NCBI GenBank assembly: GCA_035221665.1
Contig: CM069134.1
Coordinates: 83,762,001-83,826,000, forward strand
Direction: 5' to 3'
Source: Okamejei kenojei
Taxonomy: Eukaryota
Length of the DNA stretch: 64,000 nt
Under the pieces are notes generated by a model. That model was not told the origin of the DNA, ran no database searches, and saw only the letters and a list, made by a program, of their open reading frames with translations. Made by a program: the position numbers and the translations under genes. Of the stretch, positions 10,917 through 23,015 are shown one piece after another; position 1 is the first letter of the stretch, and every line of letters begins with the position of its first letter.

Positions 10917-12735
10917 CAGTGCTCTCCATAATGTTTGGGACAAAGAAAACATCATTTATTTATTTGCCTCTGTACTCCACAATTTGAGATTTGTAATTGA
11001 AAAAAAATTACATGTGGCTAAAGTGCACAATGTCAGATTTTAATAAAGACCATTTTTATACATTTTGGTTTCACTATGTAGAAATTACAGCAGCGTTTAC
11101 ACATAGTCCCCCCATGTAAACCAGTGAAAAAAAAGCGAATGGTATGTTTAGCCATAGCATTTCAGGGCACCATAATGTTTGGGACACAGCCATGTCATGT
11201 AAATGAAAAAGTAGTCATACTCTCTGGAATTTAGGAGATATCTTTGTTGCAGGCTATCAGGAAGATTTTGATGTTGGGGAAAGTCCAGGACAAGTGCAAT
11301 GGCTTTAAGGTTGAGAAGTCGGTGATTCATGGACATCACCAATTGCTGGGTGCCTTCTCTGGTGATGCTCTGTCAGGCCTGTGTTGCAGCAATCTTTAGC
11401 TTATGCTTGTGTTGGGGGCTATTCCCCTTCAATTTTCTCTTCAGCATATAAAAGGCATGCTCAATTGGGATCAGATGATTGACTTGGTCACTCAATAACT
11501 GACCATTGTTTAGCTTTGAAAAACTCTTTTGTTGCTTTAGCAGTATGTTTGGGATCATTGCCTTGCTGCAGAATGAACCGCCGGCCAATGAGTTTTGAGG
11601 CATTTGTGTGAACTTGAGCAGATAGGATGTGTCTATACACTTCAGAATTCATTATGCTACCACCCTCAGCAGTTCTATCATCAATGAAGATAAGTGAGCC
11701 AGTACCTTCAGAAGCCATACATACCCAGGCCATAACACCCCCACTACTGCATTTCACAGGTGAGGTGGTATGCTTTGGATCTTGGGCAATTCCTTCTCTC
11801 CTCCATACTTTGCACTTGCCATCACTCTGATATAGTTAATCTTCATCTCATTTGTCCACAAGATCTTTTTCCAGGACTGTGGTTTCTCTTTTAAGTACTT
11901 CCTGGCAAACTGAAACCTGGCCATCCTATTTTTGCAGCTAACCAGTGGTTTGCATCTTCTGTTCATGACGTTTTCTGCGGATAGTGGTCATTGACAAATC
12001 CACACCTGACCCCTGAAGAGTGTTTCTGATCTGTCGGAGAGGTGTTTGGGGACTTTTCTTTATTATAGAGAGAATTCTTCTCTCATCAGCTGTGGAGGTC
12101 TTCCTTGGCCTGCCAGTCCCTTTGCAATTAGTAAGCTCAGCAGTGCTCTCTTTCTTCTTAATTATGCTCCAAACAGTTGATTTTGGTAAGCCTAAGGGTT
12201 GGCTGATGTCTCTGACAGTTTCATTCTTGTTTCTCAGTCTCATAATGGCTTCAGCCATGATCATATTGAATGGCGGTGCAGGCTCGAAGGGCTGAATGGC
12301 CTACTCCTGCACCTAATTTCTATGTTTCTATGTTTCTATGTTTTTTTGACTTTCGTTGGCACAACTTTGGTCCTCATGTTGATAAACAGCAATAAAAGTT
12401 TCCAAAAGGTGATGGAAAGACTGGAGGAAACACTAGTGCTGAGAGCTTTCTTATACCTGCATTAAGGAGGCATTTAAACACACCTGAGCAAATACAAACA
12501 CCATGAAGCCATGTATCAAACATTATGGCGCCCTGAAATGGGGGGGATTATGTATAAACACAGCTGTCATTTCTACATGGTGAAACCAACATGCATAAAA
12601 ATGGCCTTTATTAAAATCTGACAATGTGCACTTTAACCACATGTGATTTTTTTCTACTACAAATCTCAAATTGTGGAGTACAGAGGCAAATAAATAAATG
12701 ATGGATCTTTGCCCCAAACATTATGGAGGGCACTG
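10917..12735 (-). mobile_element. Tc1/mariner transposon of IR/DR type with a dead transposase
   Basis: TA|CAGTGCTCTCCATAATGTTTGGG ... CCCAAACATTATGGAGGGCACTG|TA with TIRs over 200 bp and inner direct repeats (~11165, ~12515). Transposase fragments: HTH with GRPRKT, WTNE (for WTDE), MAWVCM, QQGNDPKH (for QQDNDPKH) and PIEH. It is frameshifted and both catalytic Asp are mutated. Confidence 0.93.
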
Positions 12736-13880
12736 TACCTTCATAAATGTGTATAGCTTATTGACATAATTCTGTCATGTTTTTCCTCAAGTATAATGGG
12801 ACTTAGCTCTGGATGTTTTATTATCATTTTTTTTCTACACTTACACAAATTGCCATAATCACATTACTGCTTTGCAATTAATCACTTAAAAAAAGGGAAA
12901 AAAAAATCTCTCTATCCAAGATCAAGAATTACTCCTATATCAGCATTTATTTTATAATGTTCACAAAAAATTAGCCATATTTCATGCAATTTATGTATTA
13001 CCCAAGAGTCAAGCCATTATCATAATACTACAGCTGGCAAAATAATAAGATTGGTCTTAAACTCAAATAAAAACCTGTGGCAGCTCTTAACATATATGCC
13101 ACCTATCAAAATGGTTTGCTTGTTAATGTGTGCATTATAAAATATTTAAAAATTAAATGTTTCTGTAAATTAACATTACAATGCCCATTAGAAATTTCAC
13201 ATTACTATTTCAAAACACACGTCAGAATTGTATTCTCAAGAATCACTAAACATCTCCATGCTCTCAGATGAAAAGTGTACAAAACGAGATTAATTACTAT
13301 TTTGCCAGATAAATATTATTATGAAAGATAAACCTAGTCTCTTGACCTATTCTGATGAAATGTAAGACTGAGATTTTCAAAATTATTCACATTAAAATGA
13401 ACTGGATCAAATTTTACCATGTGATGTGTTGTCCAAATCTATCATCAACACTGTAGCTTTCAGAAATGTTCGAGAAAACTCCTAATTAAAGATTTTTCAC
13501 AAAATGCAAACCCTCGGTATCCAAGGAAGGACACACAGACAATCATATCAAAGTATAAGAGTGTAAGAATAGTAGATCACACTAAGAGCACACAAAAGTC
13601 GGCATGATTTCAGCACCACTTCAAGGTTCCATGTAAAAATTGTAAAGACTTAACTTGGCCCTAAAAGCCCGTTGTCCAGGGTGTACATAATATCACAGAA
13701 TATTTACACGGACCTGACCACAGAATTGATTTAAGAAATCGCAATACAATTTCATTTGTCAGTGTAGTTGTATGGAAATTAGTCCACATGATTCCATTTG
13801 AAGTTGAAAAATGCTTTTATAGGAATGCAGTGAGTAATATTAAAATGGACATAAAGAAACACATGGTTTAGTTCAGGCAG

Positions 13881-13936
13881 CAAGCTGATATTTTACCTCT
13901 GAAGATGTAACAGTTCAGAAGTAAAATATCAGCCTA
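13881..13936 (-). other. 23-bp stem-loop in SNRK intron (pre-miRNA-like or ADAR-substrate candidate)
   Basis: Arms 13884-13903 and 13914-13933 are 19/20 complementary with a 10-nt loop. The mismatch and the flanking bases become G-U pairs on the minus strand. Confidence 0.5.
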
Positions 13937-14864
13937 TGACATAATTCCTTATTACATACTTATTTTAACACGAACTACTGCCAGAAAACTATACCCCAAT
14001 CCCAAAAAACATTTTGATTATTTTTCAAATTAAAGCCACTGGTACATTTGTAAAACTGATTTAGTAATCAAAGTGTCAAATCTTCATATTTAATAAAAGG
14101 CAGCATAGTTCAGCCATGTCTGAATGATGAACAGATCATTTCCATTGCCATTGCTCATTGATTAAACCACAGATCGCCCCCCACCTTTTTTTTCCAGTAA
14201 TTTAGCTGAGAATGCATTCCTGGTTTCATATCACAGATGCTGAAGGCATATATTGAGTGTCGTTTCCTTCATTATTTGTTTTGACTTTCGTGTGAAAATC
14301 TTTTTGGCATTGTTGCAATTATACAGCATCATAGGCTGAAGCATACAGTAGATAAGTATGCCTTTTCTTACAGCTGGGCTGAGCCACTATACCTGCTGGT
14401 TAAAGGATGCTGTCAACAATCAGTAACAACTATACAAAAAAATGTTTTGTTTTAAAAATAAATCAGCAGTTGCGGTAAAGTTGCACCAGAATCCTATGTT
14501 TATACAAAATAATTGTTCTGGGGGTTACATGAAGTATGGAAGGTGACAAATGTGCAACATCAGTGGCATGGATCAGGAGAGATTCACTACTCTTTTAAAG
14601 CTGAGACTGCAATGCAATAAAATTCTGGCGCCAGAAAAGGACACAAAACATATACTGCATTTATAACATGACATGACTGATGCAACATTTGAATTATTGT
14701 AAATAATGCTCCAGGAAAATGAATAGCTGATCACACAACCGAATCAATGTCATAACTGATCTAGAAAATATCAGTTACAAAAATGTAAACTAATTTTATG
14801 CAGAAGAAAACATCATATTCATTGTAAGCATTTGAAATGTGATAAATCCAGGATGCTTCGCAGC

Positions 14865-15928
14865 AATGCTAATAAGCTGCTGGAACTGGGATTGAACACT
14901 CCCCTGTGTGCCTAGGACCTGGACTTTCTGACTGCCAGGCCCCAGGTGGACAAGATGGGGAGACATACCTCCAACCCCCTCACCCTGAACACAGGATCCC
15001 CCCAGGGCTGCTTCCTCAGCCTTTACTCCCTGTACACACATGACTGTGTGGCCAGGTTCAGCTCCAACTCCATCATCAAGTTGGCTGATGTCACAGTGGT
15101 GGTGGGCCTGATCTCTGATAACGATGAGAAGGCCTACCCGGAGGAAGCGGCTGACCTGGCACTCTCATGTCAGAACAACAGCCTCCTCTTGAATGTCACT
15201 AAAACTAAGGAGCTGACTAAGGACCACAACAACCGAGAATGTACACGCCACTGGGGATAAATGGGACTGTGGATAGGGTGAGCAGCTTTAAATACCTGGG
15301 AGTCCACATCACAGAGGATCTGACATGGACAACACACACAGCCGCACTGGTGAGAAAGGCAAGGCAGCGCCTTTACCATCTCAGGAAGCTGAGGAAATTC
15401 AGAGTCTTTCTGAGGATCCTTCAATCCTTCTACTGCAGGATACTGTAGAAAGTATCCTGACCGGAAATATCTCGATCTGATTTGGCAATAGCTCTGCACA
15501 AGACTGGAAGGCTCTGCAGAGAGTAGCGCGTTCAGCCAAACGCACCAGGGAAACTACACTCATCCTCCCCCCCCCCCCCCCCCCCCCCCACCGCAGGACC
15601 AATATACCAGGAGGTGCATATCCAGAGCCAGCACGATCATGAGGGACCCCTACCACCCCAGCAACGGACTGTTCCAGCTGCTACGATCAGGCAAGCGCCT
15701 CCGCTGTCACGCTGCAAAAACAAAGAGGATGGAACGTAGTTTCTTCCCACAGGCCACCAGGATTGTAAACTCTGATCACACCGTGGCGTAATTACTGTTG
15801 TGCCTTTTTTTAAAAATGTAAATTACTGGTTCTGTTCTGTTGTTTTGCACAATCCTGCAGGCATTGCCACTTTTATTTCACTGTACATCTTGTATATGTT
15901 TGTGACAAATAAAGTTGACTTGACTTGA
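14865..15928 (+). mobile_element. Rex1/Babar LINE, 5'-truncated
   Basis: [22 protein letters not shown] (FADD motif decayed), FKYLGVHITEDLTW, KARQRLYHLR; tail aataaagttgacttgacttga. Confidence 0.88.
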
Positions 15929-16007
15929 ATATCAAAAACCAAGCTCGCTGTTAAAGTTGCAGATTTTAAAGAAATCTTAAAGATTAGAATGATTTGTTAA
16001 TTTACCA

Positions 16008-16740
16008 CAGGTAGACAAATATGCTGGAGAAACCCAGCCAGTGAGGCAGCATCTATGGAGCAAAGGAATAGGTTAAGTTTCAGGTCAAGACCCTTCTTCA
16101 GACTGATGTGGGGGTGGAGGTGGAGGGGGGCAGTAAGAAGAAAGGAAGAGGCAGAGACAGTAGGCTGTGGGAGAGCTGGGAAGGGAAGGGGAAGGAGGGA
16201 GAATGCAAACTGTGCTGAGGTGTTGGGCGAAGCGATCGCCAAGCCTGCACTTGGTCTCAGCGATGTAGAGCAGTTGACACCTAGAGCAGCGAATGCAATA
16301 GATGAGGTTGGAGGGGGTGCAGGTGAACCTCTGCCTCACCTCGCTTGGTTCCTTGGAAGGAGTCGAGGGTCGAGGAAAAGCGACAAGTGTAGCATTTCCT
16401 GCGGTTGCGAGGGAAAGTACCAGGGGAGGGGGTGGTTTGGGTGGGAAGGGACAAATTGACCAAGGAGTTACAGAGGGAACGGTCTCTGTGGAAAGCCGAA
16501 AGGGGAGGAGATGGGAAGATGTGACCAGTGGTGGGATCCCGTTGGAGGTGGCGAAAATGTCGGAGGATTTTCTGTTGTATATGACGGCTGGTAGGGTGGA
16601 AGGCGAGGACAAGGGGGACTCTGTCCTTGTTATGAGTGGGGGGGATGGGGAGTGAGAGCAGAGCTACATGATATAGGGGAGACCCTGGTGAGAGCCTCAT
16701 CTAGTCAAAGAGGGGAACCCCTGTTCCCTAAAGAATGAAA
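16008..16740 (-). mobile_element. Penelope-like element 3' part (GIY-YIG plus tail), same family as 1-2150 but inverted
   Basis: NKDRVPLVLAFHP..RHLQRDPTTGHIFPSPP and LIYCIRCSRCQLLYIAETKCRLGDRF; tail cagtctgaagaagggtc on the minus strand. Confidence 0.9.
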
Positions 16741-16759
16741 GTTAATTTACCACTGTCTG

Positions 16760-17906
16760 TCATGGCAAACTTAACGCACACGGTATTGGGGGTTCAGTAT
16801 TGATGTGGATAGAGAACTGGCTGGCAGACAGGAAGCAAAAGGTAGGAGTAAACGAGTCCTTTTCAGAATGGCAGGCAGTGACTAGTGGGGTGCCGCAAGG
16901 CTCAGTGCTGGGACCCCAGCTATTTACAATATATATTAATGATTTGGACGAGGGAATTGAATGCAACGTCTCCAAGTTTGTGGATGACACTAAGCTAGGG
17001 GGTAGTGTTAGGTGTGAGGAGGATGCTAGGAGGCTGCAAGGTGACTTGGATAGGCTGGGTGAGTGGGCAAATGCGTGGCAGATGCAGTATAATGTGGATA
17101 AATGTGAGGTTATCCACTTTGGTGGCAAAAACAGGAGGGTGGACTATTATCTGAATGGTGGCAAATTAGGAAAAGGGGAGATGCAACGAGACCTGGGTGT
17201 CATGGTACACCAATCATTGAAAGTAGGCATGCAGGTGCAGCAGGCAGTGAAGAAAGCAAATGGTATGTTAGCATTCATAGCGAAAGGATTTGAGTATAGG
17301 AGCAGGGAGGTTCTACTGCAGTTGTACAGGGTTTTGGTGAGACCACACCTGGAGTATTGCGTACAGTTTTGGCCTCCAAATCTGAGAAAATACATTCTTG
17401 CCATAGAGGGGGTACAGAGAAGGTTCACCAGACTGATTCCTGGGATGTTAGGACTTTCATATGAGGAAAGACTGGATAGACTTGGCTTGTACTCGCTAGA
17501 ATTTAGAAGACTGAGGGGGAATCGTATAGAAACTTACAAAATTCTTAAGGGGTTGGACAGGCTAAATGCAGGAAGATTGTTCCCGATGTTGGGGAGGTCC
17601 AGAACAACGGGTTACAGTCTAAGGATAAGGGGGAATTCCTTTAGGACCGAGATGAGGAAAACATTTTTCACACAGAGAGTGGCGAGTCTCTGGAATTCTC
17701 TGCCACAGAAGGTAGTTGAGGCCAGTTCATTGGCTATATTTAAGAGGGAATTAGATGTGGCCCTTGTGGCTAAAGGGATCGGGGGTATGGAGAGAAGGCA
17801 GGTACAGGATGCTGAGTTGGATGATCAGCCATGATCATATTGAATGGCGGTGCAGGCTCGAAGGGCCGAATGGCCTACTCCTGCACCTATTTTCTATGTT
17901 TCTATG
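16760..17906 (+). mobile_element. CR1 LINE, young 5'-truncated copy with a 344-aa open RT C-terminal half
   Basis: [42 protein letters not shown]; 3' UTR and ttttctatgtttctatg tail. Confidence 0.95.
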
Positions 17907-18559
17907 GTTGAGCATGTACATTTCAGAGTTTAGGGCATTAGCAAAGGAAGGTATCATCAATAGATTAGGAATAAAATTAGGAATGTCCAAGAGAACAGAA
18001 GAATTGGAGATATCTTCGAAAGATGTTGTGAAGATTGCAAAAAATAGAAAGGATAAGGCCAGCAGGAATTCATAAGATAAACTACTGCACTACTTAACCA
18101 GCAAGCAATGTGGGTCAATGAGCATGGGTTTGATGAATGATCAGGGATCGGTACCACATAGCATAGTTGCGCATAATTACATGTAGAGTAGGACAAGAGA
18201 GGCAGGTCAGGAATGCAACGTATTAATCAGGATAAAATAATGGCATAGAAGATACTTTCAGTAGACGATGAGCCAAGGAAGACGAAGGTCAGCGATGCAA
18301 CTGAACTATACTATGAACTATGAACCGATGCTATGTGTCAGACTCATCTAACAGATTGGAAAAGTATAGAAAGCAAAACCTGCAGATACTGGAAATCTGA
18401 AATAAACACAGAAAGTGCTGAGGATAGTAGTAGGCATCTGTAGGCCGATGACTAGTATTCAAATGTTTGACTCTTGTATCAAGACAAGCTGTATATTTTC
18501 ATACGTTTTCGTCATTTAAATGCCTGGGCCAGCGATTGGATGGGGTAAACGAATCAGTT

Positions 18560-19330
18560 AAATTGTGCCTTATAGAACCCTGTATTATGGGTCGCTCAGC
18601 TGAATTTCCACAACAAGCCGGGGAGGCGAGACGAGACCCAGTCTCCCGATCGCACCAGTTGCCGTGGCGACCGTAGCCTCCGGGTGCTCCGTTGCCCGCG
18701 GTGGAGGGGCCGTATCAGGCCCCGGATGGCGAGTGACTCTCTCTCGCGTAGTGTTCGGTGAACGACGGAGGCGGCGATGCTCTCCCCTCCTTCCCCTTCC
18801 CCAGAGGGAAGCAACAGGCGCCGAATCAAAGGCTGCAACCGAGCAGGAGATGCGAGCAGAGGTGATGAGGGACGACACTTCCCCCTCACCTGGCTCCGAG
18901 CACTGCTTCGCGCCCGCTCACCTGAATCGAAGTTAGCGTTTGCTCGATTTAATCCTCTCCCGCTTTAACCGCGCAGCGGTCCTGAGGAGGAGCAAAATGG
19001 CGCAGGCATGTTCCCGGCCTCTGATGCGAATTATCTTAATTCCTTACCGGCACAATTCAGCCCCTCAGCTCGTCTCTCCGCCCGCCCGCCCGTCCGCCGG
19101 CCGCGCAAACCGACAGCTGCAAACACAGCCGAGCGGCGCGCTCCAGCAACATGCGCACTGCTCCATTGCGCATCCCCGTCTACGTCAAAGGCAGCTCGCG
19201 ACGGGGGTGGGGCTATGACGTGCGCTCCGCAACGTCACAGTGTGGTGGGTTCGGCCTTTGAGGCTTGAGATCAATGTGGAAGACAGGCAGGCAGCAGCTC
19301 CAGACCAACTAACCTGTCGAGGCGACGAGT
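18560..19330 (-). promoter_or_regulatory. SNRK: CpG island, probable SNRK promoter and non-coding first exon
   Basis: CpG-dense sequence not matching the repeats in the window, 11 kb upstream of the SNRK acceptor. Minus-strand donors CAG|GTGAGC (18922/18921) and CAG|GTGAGG (18890/18889); YY1 motif AAAATGGCG at 18994-19002; NRF1-like CATGCGCA at ~19150; CRE half-sites at 19183, 19216 and 19232. Confidence 0.8.
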
Positions 19331-19557
19331 TAAGGTTTTGCCTTCACACGCTTTTGGCATTAATCACCTTTCACAATCATACGGAAGTCAGATTAAAATC
19401 TGCAAAATTCTCCCAATCTTTAACAGAACCCGTTTCCTGTCAGGAAACGCCAAGGGTTGATGTAAACAATGCTTCCTGTCTTGTACGCAAACTTACATAC
19501 AAGTGTTTTATGGTAAAATGGCAAACCTAAAAGCATCGTTCATGATGACTTTCAAAA

Positions 19558-20990
19558 GATACAAGATTCGAGAGAGTTTATTGTCATGTGTCCCAGATAG
19601 GACAATGAAATTCTTGCGTTGCTTCAGCACAACAGCATATAGTAGGCATAAATAAATACAGAACAGATCAGTGTGACCATATAACATTGAATATATATAT
19701 ATATATATATACACACACATAAATAAGCAGATAAAGTGCAATGGGCTATTAATGTTCAGAGTTTCGTTTGAGTTGAGTTTAATAGCCTGATGGCTGTGGG
19801 GAACTAGCTGTTCCTGAACCTGGATGTTGCAGATTTCAGGCTCCTGTACCTTTTACCAGAAGGCAGCGGGGAAACGAGTGAGTGGCCAGGATGGTGTGGA
19901 TCCTTGATGATGCTGGCAGCCTTTTTGAGGCAGCGACTGCGATAGATCCCCTCGATGGTAGGGAGGTCAGAGCCGATGATGGACTGTTTACAACTTTTTT
20001 GCAGTCTTTTCCGCTCCTGGGCGCTCAGGTTGCCGAACCAAGCCATGATGCAACTGGTCAGCATGCTCTCTACTGTGCACCTGTAGAAGTTCGAGAGAGT
20101 CCTCCTTGACATAGCGACTCGCCGTAATCTTCTCAGGAAGTAGAGGCGTTGATGTGCTTTCTTTATAATTGCATCAGTGTTCTCGGACCAAGAGAGATCT
20201 TCAGAGACATGCACGCCCAGGAATTTGAAGCTCTTGACCCTCTCCACGATCGACCCATTGATATAAACGGGACTATGGGTCCCCATCCTACCCCTTCCAA
20301 AGTCCACAATCAGTTCCTTGGTTTTGCTGGTGTTGAGACCCAGGTTATTGTGCTGGCACTATTTGGTCAGACGGTCGATCTCACTTCTATACTCTGACTC
20401 ATCTCCATCAGTAATACGTCCCACAACAGTGGTGTCATCAGCGAACTTGATGATGGAGTTCGCACTATGACCGGCTACGCAGTCATGAGTATAGAGTGAG
20501 TACAGCAGGGGGCTGAGCACGCAGCCTTGAGGTGCTCCCGTGCTGATTGTTATCGAGGCTGATACACTTCCACCAATACAAACAGGTTGTGGTCTGTGAA
20601 TGGGGAAGTCGAGGATCCAATTGCAGAGGGATGTGCAGAGACCCAGTTCTGAGAGTTTGGTAACCAGCTTGGAGGGGATGATTGTATTAAATGCCGAGCT
20701 GTAGTAAATGAATAACAGCCTGACATATTACTTTTTGTGGTCCAGAGCAGAGTGGAGAGCCAGCGAGATTGCATCCACCGTTGATCTGTTGTGGTGGTAA
20801 GCAAACTGCAGTGGGTCCAAGTTTTTGTCGAGGTAGGAGTTGATTTGCACCATGATCAACCTCTCAAAGCACTTCATCACCACCGAGGTTAGTGCCACTG
20901 GTCGATAGTCATTGAGGCATGTAACCTTGCTCTTCTTGGGCACCGGTATAATTGATGCCCTTTTAAAGCAGGTAGGAACCTCAGACCTCA
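19558..20990 (-). mobile_element. Rex1/Babar-type LINE (second family), 5'-truncated
   Basis: [69 protein letters not shown]; 3' tail at ~19560-19620. Confidence 0.9.
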
Positions 20991-21074
20991 GTGTCAGTGT
21001 CCATAAAAACTCCAGCCAGTTGGTTCGCACAGGTAATATACCATTACTAAACTCAGAAACAAATACAAAAGACA

Positions 21075-23015
21075 ACTTCAACTCCCCTCCCATTCCGAAT
21101 CCGACCTTTCTGTCCTCGGCCTCCTCCATGGCCAGAATGAGGACCATCGTAAATTGGAGGAGCACCACTCATATTTCACTTGGGCAGTTTGTACCCCAGC
21201 GGTATGAATATTGACTTCTCTAATTTCAGATAGTCCTTACTTTCTCCTCCCCTTCTCAGCTCTCCCTCAGCCCACCTCTTCATTTCTTCTTCTCGCACCC
21301 CGCCCCCCCCACCCCCTCCCCTCCCCCCCCCACCTCACATCAGTCTGAAGAAGGGTTTGCCTATTTCCCTCGCTCCATAAATGCTGCCTCACCCGCTAAG
21401 TTTCTCCAGCATTTTTGCCTACCTTCGATTTTCCAGCATCTGCAGTTCCTTCTTAAACAGGCGACATAAGAGATTGCAGGTACTGGAATCTTGAGCAAAA
21501 CACAGTGCTGGAGGAACTCGGGAGGTCAGGCAGCATCTGGGGAATAATGGACAAGCGACCTTTCTGGTCAACAATGGAGTAGGGGAGAGAAAGTTGGACA
21601 AGGGAGGTGGTGGGAAGAATAAAACCAGCCAAGTGATGGGTGGATACAGATGAGGTTGAATTGGCAAATCGATGGAGTAGGTGACAGGCTGGATCTGAGA
21701 AAGAGATAAAAAAAGTGTCAGATAAGGAGTGGTGAAATGTAATGCCAGAAAGATGTGGGTGGAAGGGCACGTGGTGGATAGAAAGGAAATGGGGAAGAAG
21801 TATGGGAGATTAGTGTATGAAGGAGCAGGGTGAGATGGGGGGGGGGGGGGGGGGGGATAAATTGGAAGTGTACTAGGATAAAGAGCATGTGAAAGAAAGA
21901 GGGGAGGGTGATGTATTACTTAATGTAAGCTACCCAAGAGGAATATGAGGAGCTGTTCCTGCAGTTTTACTGTGACCCCCACTGGCAATGGAGGAGGCCA
22001 AAGACAGAAAGTTCACTCCTCTGTACCCACACATTACTCGCAGATGTTTCCTTGCTCCCACCTCTCTTTTCCAATTTATCCCCCTTACTCCAATCAGTCT
22101 AAAGAAGAGTCCTGACACGCAAATGTCACCTGTCCATTTCACCCCCCACCCCAGATACTGCTGACCTGCTGAGTTCCTCAAGCACTTTGTGTTTTAAACA
22201 AAAACAGAATTTGCTGGAAGCACTCTGCAGATTAAGCATCATTTGAGGAAAGTGAACTAGTGAAATGTTTTAGGTTTCCCTTCCCACGTGCTTTCTGACT
22301 GCTGAATGTTTATAGCATTTTCTTTCCTAGGCAATTCTCAGTGTGAGGATTGCTGAAGGTAGACACAAAATGCTGGAGTAACTCAGCGGGTGAGGCAGCA
22401 TCTCTGGAGAAAAGGAATGGGCAACATTTTGGGTCGAGACCCTTCTTCAGACATGGCTGGGGAGGGGGTGGAACAAAGATAGAAATTAGGTGGAGACAGT
22501 AAGATTAGTGGGAGAACTGGGAATGGGAAGGGGATGGAGAGAGAAAGCAAGGGCTATCTGAAGTTAGTCAATGGTCATACCACTGGGGTGTAAACTACCC
22601 AAGCGAAATATGAGGTGCTGTTCCTCCAATTTGCGCTGGGTGGGCCTCACTCTGACAATGGAGGAGGCCCAGGACAGAAATGTCAGATTGGGAATGGGAG
22701 GGGGAGTTGAAGTGCTGAGCCAACGGGAGATCAGATAGGTTAAGGACTGCGCAGAGGTGTTCAGTGAAACGATCGCTGAGCCTGCGCTTGGACTTGCCGA
22801 TGCAGTGAAGTTGACACCCAGAATAGCGGATACAGTAGATGAGGTTGGAGGAGGTGCAAGTGAACCTCTGCCACACCTGGAAAGACTGTTTAGGTCCTTG
22901 GATGGAGTTGAAGGCGGAGGTAAATGGATAGGTGTTGCATCTCCTGCAGTTGCAGGTGAAAGTACCTGGGGAGGGGTTGGTTTGGGTGGAAAGGGACGAG
23001 TTGACCAGGGAGTTA
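21075..23015. mobile_element. cluster of Penelope-like 3' fragments and tails in both orientations
   Basis: Plus-strand endonuclease end and tail at 21075-21460; older tails at 21465-22330; minus-strand copy at 22358-23015 with LIYCIRYSGCQLHCIGKSKRRLSDRFTEHL and RKLEEQHLIFRLGSLHPSGM. Confidence 0.8.

Noticed and set aside
16800-17834. 344-aa ORF as a host gene
   Set aside because: It is the C-terminal half of a CR1 reverse transcriptase followed by the CR1 tail.
18585-19268. Several overlapping 63-97 aa ORFs
   Set aside because: Expected from stop-poor CpG-island sequence; no recognisable protein.
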